Origin: Thermoplasmatota archaeon
GTDB taxonomy: Archaea; Thermoplasmatota; E2; DHVEG-1
Assembly: GCA_029939595.1 (NCBI GenBank)
Contig: JAOZSQ010000001.1
Coordinates: 261,722 to 325,721 of the forward strand
Direction: 5' to 3'
DNA: 64,000 bases
Shown piece after piece: positions 29,074 through 38,190 of the stretch. The first letter of the stretch is position 1, and every line of letters starts with the position of its first letter. Under the pieces are notes generated by a model. The model had not been told where the DNA came from. It did no database searches and saw only the letters and a list, made by a program, of their open reading frames with translations. The position numbers were made by a program, and so were the translations under genes.

Positions 29074-29690
29074 AGTTTATATTAGTATTGTTGTTTGTTG
29101 TTCCTTGTATTGTTTCAGGCGAATCAAAATATTTGTTTCCTTGGGACTTGTCACAGTGGACATGCTTGGGGTATATTAATCAGATAAAGAATACGAAAAC
29201 TTATAAAACTCTTCAAAAATTATTAAAAAAGAGATCCCATAAATTTTATAAGTCGGCATCTCTTTCTGATCTTAAACTAATTCCAACGAAATATACTGTT
29301 AAATATCCATACCATAAGATACGTATTGATGCATATTCATCTTTGGTTAGGATGATACAAGATTCGCATGATAAGGGTTCCCCATTATATGTCTCATCGG
29401 CTTATCGGTCTCCTTATCTCCAGAATTTATTGTGGAAGAATAGATTGAATGCCGAATATGATGTATCAATGGATGCTTTATCAAACTATGTTAGAACCGC
29501 ATATAAAACGGCTCCACCATGTTATTCGGAACATGCAACAGGTTTGGCTGTTGATTTTTTGAAAACAAATAATTGGTTGCGTGATAATGCAAAGAAATAT
29601 GGTTGGAAACAGTCGTTTGATGGTTCAGGAGATGTAACTAACATTATGAAAGAAAGTTGGCATTATGCTTATATAAAGGAGAAATCATGA
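29070..29690 (+). CDS. secreted M15 (VanY-like) D,D- / L-Ala-D-Glu peptidase, endolysin candidate
   Basis: Signal peptide MKFILVLLFVVPCIVSG. SAYRSPYLQ and SEHATGLAVDF are the zinc-ligand motifs of peptidase M15. Confidence 0.7.
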   Translation: MKFILVLLFVVPCIVSGESKYLFPWDLSQWTCLGYINQIKNTKTYKTLQKLLKKRSHKFYKSASLSDLKLIPTKYTVKYPYHKIRIDAYSSLVRMIQDSHDKGSPLYVSSAYRSPYLQNLLWKNRLNAEYDVSMDALSNYVRTAYKTAPPCYSEHATGLAVDFLKTNNWLRDNAKKYGWKQSFDGSGDVTNIMKESWHYAYIKEKS

Positions 29691-30388
29691 AAAAGTATAT
29701 ACTTTTTCTAGGAATTTTATTATTTACAATGCCTGTCATTGCCGATGAATTGGTGCTTGTTTCAAATCCTTGGCCACCATATATATTTGGAAAGATGGGT
29801 TCATCTGATGTTACTGGAATAACAATAGGTCAATATAATAAAATATTTAAGAAGATGAAGATCAAGGTAAAATATATGATGATACCTTGGCGTAGAGCTT
29901 TACAAGAGATAAAAGAAGGATATGCTGATGGAGCAATAATTTTACAACAGAATTCTGAAAGATCAAAATATATGGTGTTTACTAATATTGTAATGGTTGA
30001 AAACACTTTTATGTTTTATTCCAAAAGGAAATATCCTGGGGGTATGGAATGGAAAACACCGTTGGATTTGGTTGGGTATCGTATAGGTTTGGTACGGGGG
30101 TATTCATACGGACCTATTCAGGCAATGATAGATACGGGATTACCTTTACAAATTGAAATGGTAAGTAAAGAAACACAGTTATTGCCCATGTTAGTTAGGG
30201 GAAATATTGATATATTTCCTTATTCAGAGATGATAGCAAAATATGCTTTTAAATTAAAAGGTATTGATTATGTGGTACATGCTTCAAAGGAAGTGTATAA
30301 AGCATATTATCGTATGGGAATTTCAAAGAAGTCAAAATGGAAAAAAATGATCCCTCAATTTAACAAGATTTTAAAAGAGGTTTTATGA
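29687..30388 (+). CDS. secreted substrate-binding-protein family 3 (SBP_bac_3)-like protein
   Basis: The Met at 29687 has an AAGGAG site. Signal peptide MKKYILFLGILLFTMPVIA. Paralog of the 39784 gene. Confidence 0.5.
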   Translation: MKKYILFLGILLFTMPVIADELVLVSNPWPPYIFGKMGSSDVTGITIGQYNKIFKKMKIKVKYMMIPWRRALQEIKEGYADGAIILQQNSERSKYMVFTNIVMVENTFMFYSKRKYPGGMEWKTPLDLVGYRIGLVRGYSYGPIQAMIDTGLPLQIEMVSKETQLLPMLVRGNIDIFPYSEMIAKYAFKLKGIDYVVHASKEVYKAYYRMGISKKSKWKKMIPQFNKILKEVL

Positions 30389-30852
30389 AAAAGTTTTTGA
30401 TTTTTTTACTTATTGCTTTTTTCACAACAACCGTTTTTGCAGAGAGATATTATATCAGATCAAGAACGGCTCATCTTTTATTGCGACCAAAAATTGGTTC
30501 TAAAAAAGTATTGAAATTGAAAAAGGGTGATTCGGTTGAGTTAATAAAGAGAAAGAAAGTATGGGTTTTTTTGAGACATGGAAAAAAACAAGGCTGGTTA
30601 AATAGGATGTTAATCTCAAAACGGAAACCAAAATTAAGAAAGTCTATTTTTTCTAATAAGGTTGATATTTCCAGTACAGCAAGAAGAAGAGCTTCTTCAT
30701 TCACGAGTGCGGCTGCTTCCAGAGGACTTGTAGCCGATCAAGAAACTATGAAAAATCTACCAACAGCGAATTATGCTGCTTTGCACAAAATTGAATCTTT
30801 GGTGATTGATGAAGAGGAAGCTGTTGAATTTTTAATGTATGAAGGAGATTGA
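30385..30852 (+). CDS. secreted SH3b-domain protein
   Basis: Signal peptide, then YYIRSRTAHLLLRPKIGSKKVLKLKKGDSVELIKRKKVWVFLRHGKKQGWL, a typical bacterial SH3 pattern. Basic C-terminus. Confidence 0.5.
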   Translation: MKKFLIFLLIAFFTTTVFAERYYIRSRTAHLLLRPKIGSKKVLKLKKGDSVELIKRKKVWVFLRHGKKQGWLNRMLISKRKPKLRKSIFSNKVDISSTARRRASSFTSAAASRGLVADQETMKNLPTANYAALHKIESLVIDEEEAVEFLMYEGD

Positions 30853-31358
30853 TGAGGTTTAAGCAATATATTAAAGAATTTAAAGGTGTTCCTTATGAAT
30901 GGATTATAAAGTCATCCGGTGAGTGGAAGGGTGAATTTGTTACTTCGGGTGGAAACAAATATGTTGTTTTTATGGAAAGAAAAAAATCTCTTCCAGGTAA
31001 AACTCCTCCACATCTTGTTGGTATGTGGCGAGTTGATTATGGCATGGTAGATAATAATAATAATATAGTTGGTAAAATGACTGGAACTGGTGACGAATTT
31101 GAAGTTATCGGAACAGTTAAAACTATGTTTGAAAATTGGTTTGCTACAAAGAAACCAGAGAAAATAAGATTTTCTGGTAATGCAAACGATAGGGGTAGGA
31201 CAGCAGTATATAAAAGGTTTGCGAAGATGATAGAGAAAAAAGGATTCTCATGTATACCAATGTCAGGCATTAATGACGAAACTTCTGATCCTGAGAATGT
31301 GCATATGTGCTTCAAAGGTAAAAATGCACCTTCTAGTTTTGAGGATTTATTGAAATGA
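30852..31358 (+). CDS. CTS-tagged cargo protein
   Basis: MRFKQYIKEFKG. Confidence 0.6.
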   Translation: MRFKQYIKEFKGVPYEWIIKSSGEWKGEFVTSGGNKYVVFMERKKSLPGKTPPHLVGMWRVDYGMVDNNNNIVGKMTGTGDEFEVIGTVKTMFENWFATKKPEKIRFSGNANDRGRTAVYKRFAKMIEKKGFSCIPMSGINDETSDPENVHMCFKGKNAPSSFEDLLK

Positions 31359-32038
31359 TTAGTTTTAAAGATTATTTTACAGAAGGTATCATTAAGTATA
31401 CTCCAACTATGCTTGATGATATGATTAAGGTAACAAAGGCTTTATCAGCCACTCCATTGCTTTATAAAGGATTTTTATTTAAATCGTTTATGGGTGCCGG
31501 ATTTGGAATTGATAATGATGGCAGAAAACCGTTTCGTGGCAGCGGGGATAAGATGACCGGAGAAAACAATACTGCGGAGGATATAGTAAAAGGATTGAAT
31601 ATAAAGAATCCGTCTTTTGTTTCTTTTGATTTATTGGCTGTTAGGTATTTTGGATCGGCTTTTGTGTTTATTCCACAAAAACCATATAAAACATATCAGT
31701 CTGAGAAGGTGAGAGATTGTTTGGTTATTGGTAGTGAGTGTAAAGTAGGAAAAGAGAAATTGAATAATTTGAAAGGCGAGAAATATAAGTTAGAGTTGAA
31801 GAAGTTAATAGACAGTTATACTACCAATTTGAACCCCAAGAATCATCATGAAGTAATATTTGAAGTTAAAAAATATTATCTTGTGAAACCAAGTCAGTGT
31901 TGGAGACTCTTGGATGATGAAATGGATTATGAGTATAGAGAGGAAAAAGGCCACGATATGAATAAATGGAGCGAATTAAGAACTTATGCGGATGTGTTGG
32001 AGTTATTAACCAAGTATAAGGGGGCAATAAGAAGATGA
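31355..32038 (+). CDS. CTS-tagged cargo protein
   Basis: MISFKDYFTEG. Confidence 0.6.
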   Translation: MISFKDYFTEGIIKYTPTMLDDMIKVTKALSATPLLYKGFLFKSFMGAGFGIDNDGRKPFRGSGDKMTGENNTAEDIVKGLNIKNPSFVSFDLLAVRYFGSAFVFIPQKPYKTYQSEKVRDCLVIGSECKVGKEKLNNLKGEKYKLELKKLIDSYTTNLNPKNHHEVIFEVKKYYLVKPSQCWRLLDDEMDYEYREEKGHDMNKWSELRTYADVLELLTKYKGAIRR

Positions 32039-32445
32039 ATGTAACAGTTGAGTGGAAAAAAGAAGATATTTTATTAATAAGAGTTATTGGAACACCAAGT
32101 AATGAATTGATATTTGATGCTTTGGAACAAATTAAAACAGTTGTTGGATCAGCAACAGGTTTTTATATTATTACCGATATCAGCAAATGTGATCCTACAT
32201 CAAGTACAATGTTTATGAATTTCTTAGGAAAGGTGATGATTGTTTTTAAGAATAAAAAGGTAAAGGGAGTAATACGTGTGGTTGCAGATGATATAAAAGG
32301 TACATTAACTAAGCAAATGTTTAGATCGGTATCTGGTAAAGTTCCAGATTATGCTCAAGTTGATGAGTGTTTTAATGTAACTCAGGCACTTACTATGATT
32401 GAAAATATGAAACTAAAAGATGTTCAAAGAGGGAGTCGGCATTGA
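32035..32445 (+). CDS. hypothetical protein (no CTS)
   Basis: ATGA-coupled ORF. Weak resemblance to STAS-like folds; not asserted. Confidence 0.5.
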   Translation: MNVTVEWKKEDILLIRVIGTPSNELIFDALEQIKTVVGSATGFYIITDISKCDPTSSTMFMNFLGKVMIVFKNKKVKGVIRVVADDIKGTLTKQMFRSVSGKVPDYAQVDECFNVTQALTMIENMKLKDVQRGSRH

Positions 32446-33401
32446 TAACTTTTAAGCAATTTCTAATAGAAGGTATGGGGCAGGTTAAAAGAAATTTTTT
32501 AACTCCTGGAAAAATAGATAATGATGATCTTCGTAAGATTAAATCATTAAATTCTTTAGATCTTAATGGTGATTATTTGGAATGGTTAGCAAAATTTATG
32601 GTTGATAACGAATATGCCAAAAGTAATACTTTAAATAAAAAGGTTTATGCTAAATTGAAAAATATACTTCCACGTTTTGACAGTTTGAAAAATAAAAATG
32701 TGGTTAAAGAAATTCCAAATGGAATGAATTTGGAAGAGTTGGAGTTTGAAATTAATTCATTAGAATCTAAATATTACGCTAATAAGAAAATGGATGTCGG
32801 GGGTTTGAAAGAAGGAGTTGATTATGAAAATTTTTATTTTGGTAATGGTTTTGAGATTTTACTTGTAAAGACACATAAAGGTATAATGAAAATTGGTTCT
32901 GGTACAAAGTGGTGTATAACAAGTGAATGGGGGCAAGATTGGAACGAGTTAGTTGGTGACAGATGTTTTTATGTATGTAGAAATAACAGAGTTAGAAGAA
33001 ACGATCCAATGTATAAAGTTGCTATTCAAGTACAAAAACTTGATAATGAAATTGCTCTTATTTGGGATGCTAAAGATAATGCATATTTGCCTCATAGCAA
33101 AGAATATAAGGAATTGTTTAGAATGTTGGAAATTAAAAATAAATTTGTTTATGTAAAAATTAGAAAGTTTTATCATTTAAGTAGACTTAAAAAGATATAT
33201 GATCAATTGGTTATGTTTAAAGATGAGAAAAATTTAGAAATTGAAATTGAAAGTGATGATATTATTAATCCAAACGGCAAAAAAATTGTGGGTGGTAGAC
33301 ATTATATGATGTGGGCACACGAAGAACAAGGGGTATGGGTGAAATATAACAATTTACCCAATCCATATTTATGGAATTCAAAGGGGGTTGATATAGAATG
33401 A
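32442..33401 (+). CDS. CTS-tagged 'GSGTKWCIT' family cargo protein (third paralog)
   Basis: MITFKQFLIEGMGQVKRNFLTPGKIDNDDL...GSGTKWCITSEWGQDW. Confidence 0.7.
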   Translation: MITFKQFLIEGMGQVKRNFLTPGKIDNDDLRKIKSLNSLDLNGDYLEWLAKFMVDNEYAKSNTLNKKVYAKLKNILPRFDSLKNKNVVKEIPNGMNLEELEFEINSLESKYYANKKMDVGGLKEGVDYENFYFGNGFEILLVKTHKGIMKIGSGTKWCITSEWGQDWNELVGDRCFYVCRNNRVRRNDPMYKVAIQVQKLDNEIALIWDAKDNAYLPHSKEYKELFRMLEIKNKFVYVKIRKFYHLSRLKKIYDQLVMFKDEKNLEIEIESDDIINPNGKKIVGGRHYMMWAHEEQGVWVKYNNLPNPYLWNSKGVDIE

Positions 33402-34480
33402 TTGGGTTTAAGCAATTTCTAATAGAACAATATAGAGGTTCCTTTTTTCATGGATGTGATGAAAGAGCCTTTAAATTTAATTTAGAGAATGGAATTCAGT
33501 ATGATCCTGGTGAAGCATGGTCCCCAGGACAAGTAATAAATTCGGGGGTTAAAGCAGTTTATTTTACTGGTTCTATAGAAACTGCTGCGAGATATGCTGT
33601 TGGTGTGGCTTATAATAGCGAACCGTTTATTATTGAATTCTATCTTAGTGGAAAATCCAAATTTAAAAAAATGAAATTTGATCCGATGGATCGTCCAGAT
33701 TATGATAATGAATTTCGTTTTGGTGATGATGATCTTTTCCAATTGAGTTCTTCTGTTGAAAAATTGTATAGGGATTTAACTGGTGATTCAAGTGCTTTTA
33801 AATTTGTAAAAGATATTAAATTAAGCGGGTTTGAAGAATTGGATGAGATCAGGGGTTTCAAATTACACCAAAATATGATTAATGTGCTTACTCGTAAATT
33901 GGGAAGATCCAGGAAACAGGAGATAAAAAGAGAAATAATGAAACGATTTGAACCAGGACAATTTTCTGAATATTTGGAAATAACCCGTTCTGGTACAATC
34001 GCATTAAATGATGATTATTATCAACATATCAAACAAGTTCAAATGACCACTCAAAAGATCCCACCTTCGGCTTTCAAGTTTGTTTGGGTCCGAACAGCCG
34101 ATCATCCACGATTAAGAGATTCTGATATTATTGAAACGGACAATTTTGGTGAAGAAGAGCTTCCACATGAGTCACAAGATAGAAGTGAACATTTGAGAGG
34201 TTTGTCAATAGATGCCGAATGGGGAATAGTGGATTTTGATGAATGGGAAGGTTATTCTGATCGGTATTCAGAGATTGGAAAGGTTTTAAAAGAGTTGAAA
34301 CCAATGTATAATGACGAATTGGATTCGGATGAACAATCGGATGAATTTAAACGCCTTGCTAATGAATTGGCTGGTTTGGCTGATGAGATAATAAATGATG
34401 AATGGGCTAATCCTCAAGAACAAAATATTACTACTTGGGCGAAAGTTAAAGTAAAAACAGCAGCGAGGTTGGCAAGATGA
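33398..34480 (+). CDS. CTS-tagged cargo protein (FHG motif)
   Basis: MIGFKQFLIEQYRGSFFHGCDERAF. Confidence 0.6.
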   Translation: MIGFKQFLIEQYRGSFFHGCDERAFKFNLENGIQYDPGEAWSPGQVINSGVKAVYFTGSIETAARYAVGVAYNSEPFIIEFYLSGKSKFKKMKFDPMDRPDYDNEFRFGDDDLFQLSSSVEKLYRDLTGDSSAFKFVKDIKLSGFEELDEIRGFKLHQNMINVLTRKLGRSRKQEIKREIMKRFEPGQFSEYLEITRSGTIALNDDYYQHIKQVQMTTQKIPPSAFKFVWVRTADHPRLRDSDIIETDNFGEEELPHESQDRSEHLRGLSIDAEWGIVDFDEWEGYSDRYSEIGKVLKELKPMYNDELDSDEQSDEFKRLANELAGLADEIINDEWANPQEQNITTWAKVKVKTAARLAR

Positions 34481-34899
34481 GATTTAAACAATTTTTGAAA
34501 GAGAAATTCCATGATATGTATGTTTCAATATATACTAAAAAAACAGTGGAAATCTTTAAAAACCCTTCCAGAAAGGAATATAGGGAAGTTATAGCTAGTG
34601 ATTCGGTTCGTGCGTTGTTAGGTCCGAAGGATCTTTATATTTGGAATACGTGGGCGGAATGCCATAACAATGTCAAAGATAAAAGTCCTAAATTTAAAAA
34701 TATGATTGCGGTGGTTATATTTGGAGAATATGGCAAAGATGTGGATGTACAACTTACAGATGGTAATTCGGGTACAAAATGGGATCACAATCCAGAGGTA
34801 TATGATTTTATAATGAATCATTCACTATTAAATAGCATGTTTAGAAGTATTGAAGTAAGTTATTATGATGAAGCGATAGGAGGAGCTTGGCATGATTAG
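34477..34899 (+). CDS. CTS-tagged cargo protein
   Basis: MRFKQFLKEKFHD. Confidence 0.6.
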   Translation: MRFKQFLKEKFHDMYVSIYTKKTVEIFKNPSRKEYREVIASDSVRALLGPKDLYIWNTWAECHNNVKDKSPKFKNMIAVVIFGEYGKDVDVQLTDGNSGTKWDHNPEVYDFIMNHSLLNSMFRSIEVSYYDEAIGGAWHD

Positions 34900-35722
34900 T
34901 TTTAAAAATTATTTAGAAGAACGAGAATCGGTAGATAGGGTTATTAGGGAAGAAGCTAAAGGGGTTTATGATAGACTCAAAAAATTTCTGAAGATGATGA
35001 AACCAAAACAACTGATAAAATATAAAGCATCAGATATTTCGTTAGATATACCTGCGAAAATATTTGGAGGACAATATAAAGATTTGGTTATTCAATTGGT
35101 GGATGAAGATCAAGTTGGTGGTGCTGGTGCAATGTTTAGAAATAATAGATATGATTCGGATGCTGAAAAAGGTATGTTTGGTGATGATTTTTGGAAAAGA
35201 CTAGGGTTGAAACAAGATCCTAAATTAACATATATAGTTCTTCCTAATCCACAAATATCAACTTTTTTTACCGATTATACTTTTGGAAGACCAATATCGG
35301 ATCTGATAACAAGACGTTGGGTTCAAACACTTAATACTATTTTTCCAATATTTCTCCATGAATTTGTTCATTATAAAGATTTGCAAAGATGGAAAGGTGG
35401 TGAAAAAGATTTTTGGAAACCAGGAAATCCTAATCTTAACCATGCACAGGCTTCGGAAGAATATTTTAATAGCCCTGCCGAATTTAATGCTTATTATCAT
35501 CAAGGTGTGCCTCGTATTAGAGATGATTTAGATCGTAGATTTAGCCAGGATAAAATAAACAAGACATTGGAAACTTTTGGTAGTTTTTGGAAAACATTTA
35601 GAAAGTATTATAGTGAAGATTTTTTGAAGAAGTTGGATCAAAGGAATTCAAGGGCATTAAAAAAGAGATTGTATGATCTTTTTTCAACCTTAAAGGATGA
35701 GTATTATAATGAAGAGTTTTAA
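34892..35722 (+). CDS. CTS-tagged HExxH metallopeptidase-like protein
   Basis: MISFKNYLEERES; FLHEFVHY. Confidence 0.5.
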   Translation: MISFKNYLEERESVDRVIREEAKGVYDRLKKFLKMMKPKQLIKYKASDISLDIPAKIFGGQYKDLVIQLVDEDQVGGAGAMFRNNRYDSDAEKGMFGDDFWKRLGLKQDPKLTYIVLPNPQISTFFTDYTFGRPISDLITRRWVQTLNTIFPIFLHEFVHYKDLQRWKGGEKDFWKPGNPNLNHAQASEEYFNSPAEFNAYYHQGVPRIRDDLDRRFSQDKINKTLETFGSFWKTFRKYYSEDFLKKLDQRNSRALKKRLYDLFSTLKDEYYNEEF

Positions 35723-36824
35723 ACAGTTTTTAAAAGAGAAATATGCCGAGGATATGCTGGAATTAGCATTTGCGGAGAGGTTATATACCGATTTGGTTGG
35801 TAAGGTGTTAAAATATGAAAATAAGCCAAGAAAATTATTTTTAACTTCAGGTAAGTTTTTTAAGAAATATTTACCTGTAATTCCTATTGCTGGTAAGTGG
35901 AAAGGTAAGCCTTTTGTGATATATTTTATTTTTGAAAAGTATCAATGTGGAAATACAGCTATGTTTAGGAAAGGATTGAAAGATGATAAATATATTTTTA
36001 TTGGATTACCAGAATTAAGAGGTAATTTTAGGCAAGTGGACTTATGTACAATATCAAAAGAAACTTTGAAAAATGATTGGAAGTTAGTTATAAATGGAAT
36101 TCTTTCACGAGGAAGTTTTAGAAAGAAGTTAAAATCAATTATGATACATGAACTTACGCATTTTATTAAAGATTTGACGTATGGGGAGTTTAGGGATGCA
36201 AAGAATTATAATTCAAAAGATGTTAAAGTATATCATAATCATATAGAGGAGATAGATGCTTTTTATCAGTCCATGTTAAATGATTTTTTGTCTGCTTACC
36301 CAGGAGGCAAATTGAAAAAATGGTTGAAATATGAAAATTTTAAAGAGGATATTTTGATATATAATGAAGGTTGGAAGTTTTATAATGATAAAACAAAAAA
36401 GATGCTTGATTTGAGGTTGCGAGATTTCTGGAAAAATTTTATGGATAGGGATTTTGGAGAAGAAACAAAAGAACAACAAAAAGAAAGGATATTGGATCAT
36501 TTTTATGAAGTTGTTCTTCCAGAAATAGACACATTTAATAATGCAATACCTCGCAGATTTGATTATTGGTATGATTTTATGATGGTTAATTATAAAAAAG
36601 ATTTTGCATTTGAGTTTGATACAGCCAGAAGAGTATTAAAAGATGTAGCAAAGAAGGAATATGATATTAGACAAAAGTATAGTATTGAAAAATTACTTGT
36701 AAAAAGGAAAAAGGCAGCGTTGATGTTTGGGCGTTCAAAAGGAACCGATAATTTTGGACAGGAATGGAAAAGCTTGGATGAGGCTTTTGTTGGTTGGTAT
36801 GAGGAAAATAATGGAAAATTATAA
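35709..36824 (+). CDS. CTS-tagged HExxH metallopeptidase-like protein
   Basis: Internal Met (MKSFKQFLKEK); IMIHELTHF. Confidence 0.5.
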   Translation: MKSFKQFLKEKYAEDMLELAFAERLYTDLVGKVLKYENKPRKLFLTSGKFFKKYLPVIPIAGKWKGKPFVIYFIFEKYQCGNTAMFRKGLKDDKYIFIGLPELRGNFRQVDLCTISKETLKNDWKLVINGILSRGSFRKKLKSIMIHELTHFIKDLTYGEFRDAKNYNSKDVKVYHNHIEEIDAFYQSMLNDFLSAYPGGKLKKWLKYENFKEDILIYNEGWKFYNDKTKKMLDLRLRDFWKNFMDRDFGEETKEQQKERILDHFYEVVLPEIDTFNNAIPRRFDYWYDFMMVNYKKDFAFEFDTARRVLKDVAKKEYDIRQKYSIEKLLVKRKKAALMFGRSKGTDNFGQEWKSLDEAFVGWYEENNGKL

Positions 36825-37047
36825 ATGTTTAAAGGTTCATAGAGACGATAGTACCCATTTTCATGTTTATCAGTGTAAATGTGGAAAGATTTTTGAAATG
36901 CCCGATAGTGCTTGTTGTTGTTGCATTTTCACAGAAGAAAATATGAAGGATATTGATAAGTATTACAAAGGTTTAGAAGTTGATTGTCCAGAACTTAATA
37001 GAAAGTTAACCAAAGAAGAATTTGAACATGAATTTGGAAAATACTAA
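36811..37047 (+). CDS. small Cys-rich (zinc-binding?) protein
   Basis: MENYKCLKVH...CKCG...CCCC...C. Internal start, overlapping the previous stop. Confidence 0.35.
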   Translation: MENYKCLKVHRDDSTHFHVYQCKCGKIFEMPDSACCCCIFTEENMKDIDKYYKGLEVDCPELNRKLTKEEFEHEFGKY

Positions 37048-37715
37048 TGAGATTCAAACAATTTTTGCAAGAATCACTTGCTTTTGTGAAAAAGAAAGCA
37101 GCCGATGGGGATATAAAAAGTGTTGGCGAATGGTTGGATTGTGATCCATCTGAAATAGATTTTAATTATAAATTAGAACCCATCACCAAATTTAAGAAAT
37201 CCATAGATGAAATGCAAGGAACTTATGATGAGTTCCCAAAAGATAAAAGAAGAACAGATAAGATTGTAAATGAGTTGAAAAAAGGTGGCAAACCATTGGC
37301 TATTTTTGTAGATCCAGAAGATAATTTTATTATGGAAGGAAGACATCGGATTGTTGGTTTTTGGATAGCTGGTTTGAAAAAGGTTCCGGTGTTTTATGTG
37401 AAGTGTAAAAAGTTAAAAGAATCTTATATTTCTCAAATTCCCAAATTAACCTTTAAGCCGGTTTCTGATTCGGTTTGGGAAACCATTCAGGATGAGGGAT
37501 TAGATGAAGAACAAAATAAACCTAATCGCCAAAGTTGGGAAATGGCAGAATTAAAAGTATCAACAAACGATCAAAAAATGTTGAAAGGATTTGATGATGA
37601 TACTTTGGAAAAATTCAACGATTTTGATATCAAATTGAAGGATAAATACAAATTAAAGTATATAGACCTCATAGACTACGATAAAGGGAAGATTACAATT
37701 GTAAGGGTATTTTAA
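37047..37715 (+). CDS. CTS-tagged ParB-like nuclease domain protein
   Basis: MRFKQFLQESLAF, and PLAIFVDPEDNFIMEGRHRIVGFWIAGLKKVPVF, which matches the ParB N-terminal-domain GxHR motif. Confidence 0.5.
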   Translation: MRFKQFLQESLAFVKKKAADGDIKSVGEWLDCDPSEIDFNYKLEPITKFKKSIDEMQGTYDEFPKDKRRTDKIVNELKKGGKPLAIFVDPEDNFIMEGRHRIVGFWIAGLKKVPVFYVKCKKLKESYISQIPKLTFKPVSDSVWETIQDEGLDEEQNKPNRQSWEMAELKVSTNDQKMLKGFDDDTLEKFNDFDIKLKDKYKLKYIDLIDYDKGKITIVRVF

Positions 37716-37722
37716 AGGTATT

Positions 37723-38142
37723 ATGGCAACATTTAAAGAATATCTTATTGAAGCAGATAAGAAATTAGAAAAGCTTGTTTGGGATTTTAGAAAAAAAGAA
37801 GAAAAAACTTGGGAATGGAAAACTGATAAACAAGCCATGAAAGGAATGTGTCAAGATATTACAAGACGTTTAGAAAAATATTTGAAAAAAAATGGGTATA
37901 AAGCAAATAGGGTTCCAGGTTATTATAAAGATGTATCGGATGATTTTGAACCAGAAGGAGAAAATTGGGATTTTGATGATTGGGAAGATTATAGAGAAAA
38001 TTTTGATAATAGTTGGACCCATTGGTGGGTCTTGGTAAATAATCGTATTATTGTGGATGTGACAGCAGATCAGTTTCATCTTGGAGAAGAAGATGAATAT
38101 CGGGTGGTTATAACGAGGAAGGGAGACAGAGATTACGATTAA
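37723..38142 (+). CDS. CTS-tagged cargo protein
   Basis: MATFKEYLIEADK. Confidence 0.6.
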   Translation: MATFKEYLIEADKKLEKLVWDFRKKEEKTWEWKTDKQAMKGMCQDITRRLEKYLKKNGYKANRVPGYYKDVSDDFEPEGENWDFDDWEDYRENFDNSWTHWWVLVNNRIIVDVTADQFHLGEEDEYRVVITRKGDRDYD

Positions 38143-38190
38143 ACGAGAAATAAATTAAATTCAAATAACAATAAAATAACGGAGGATAGA

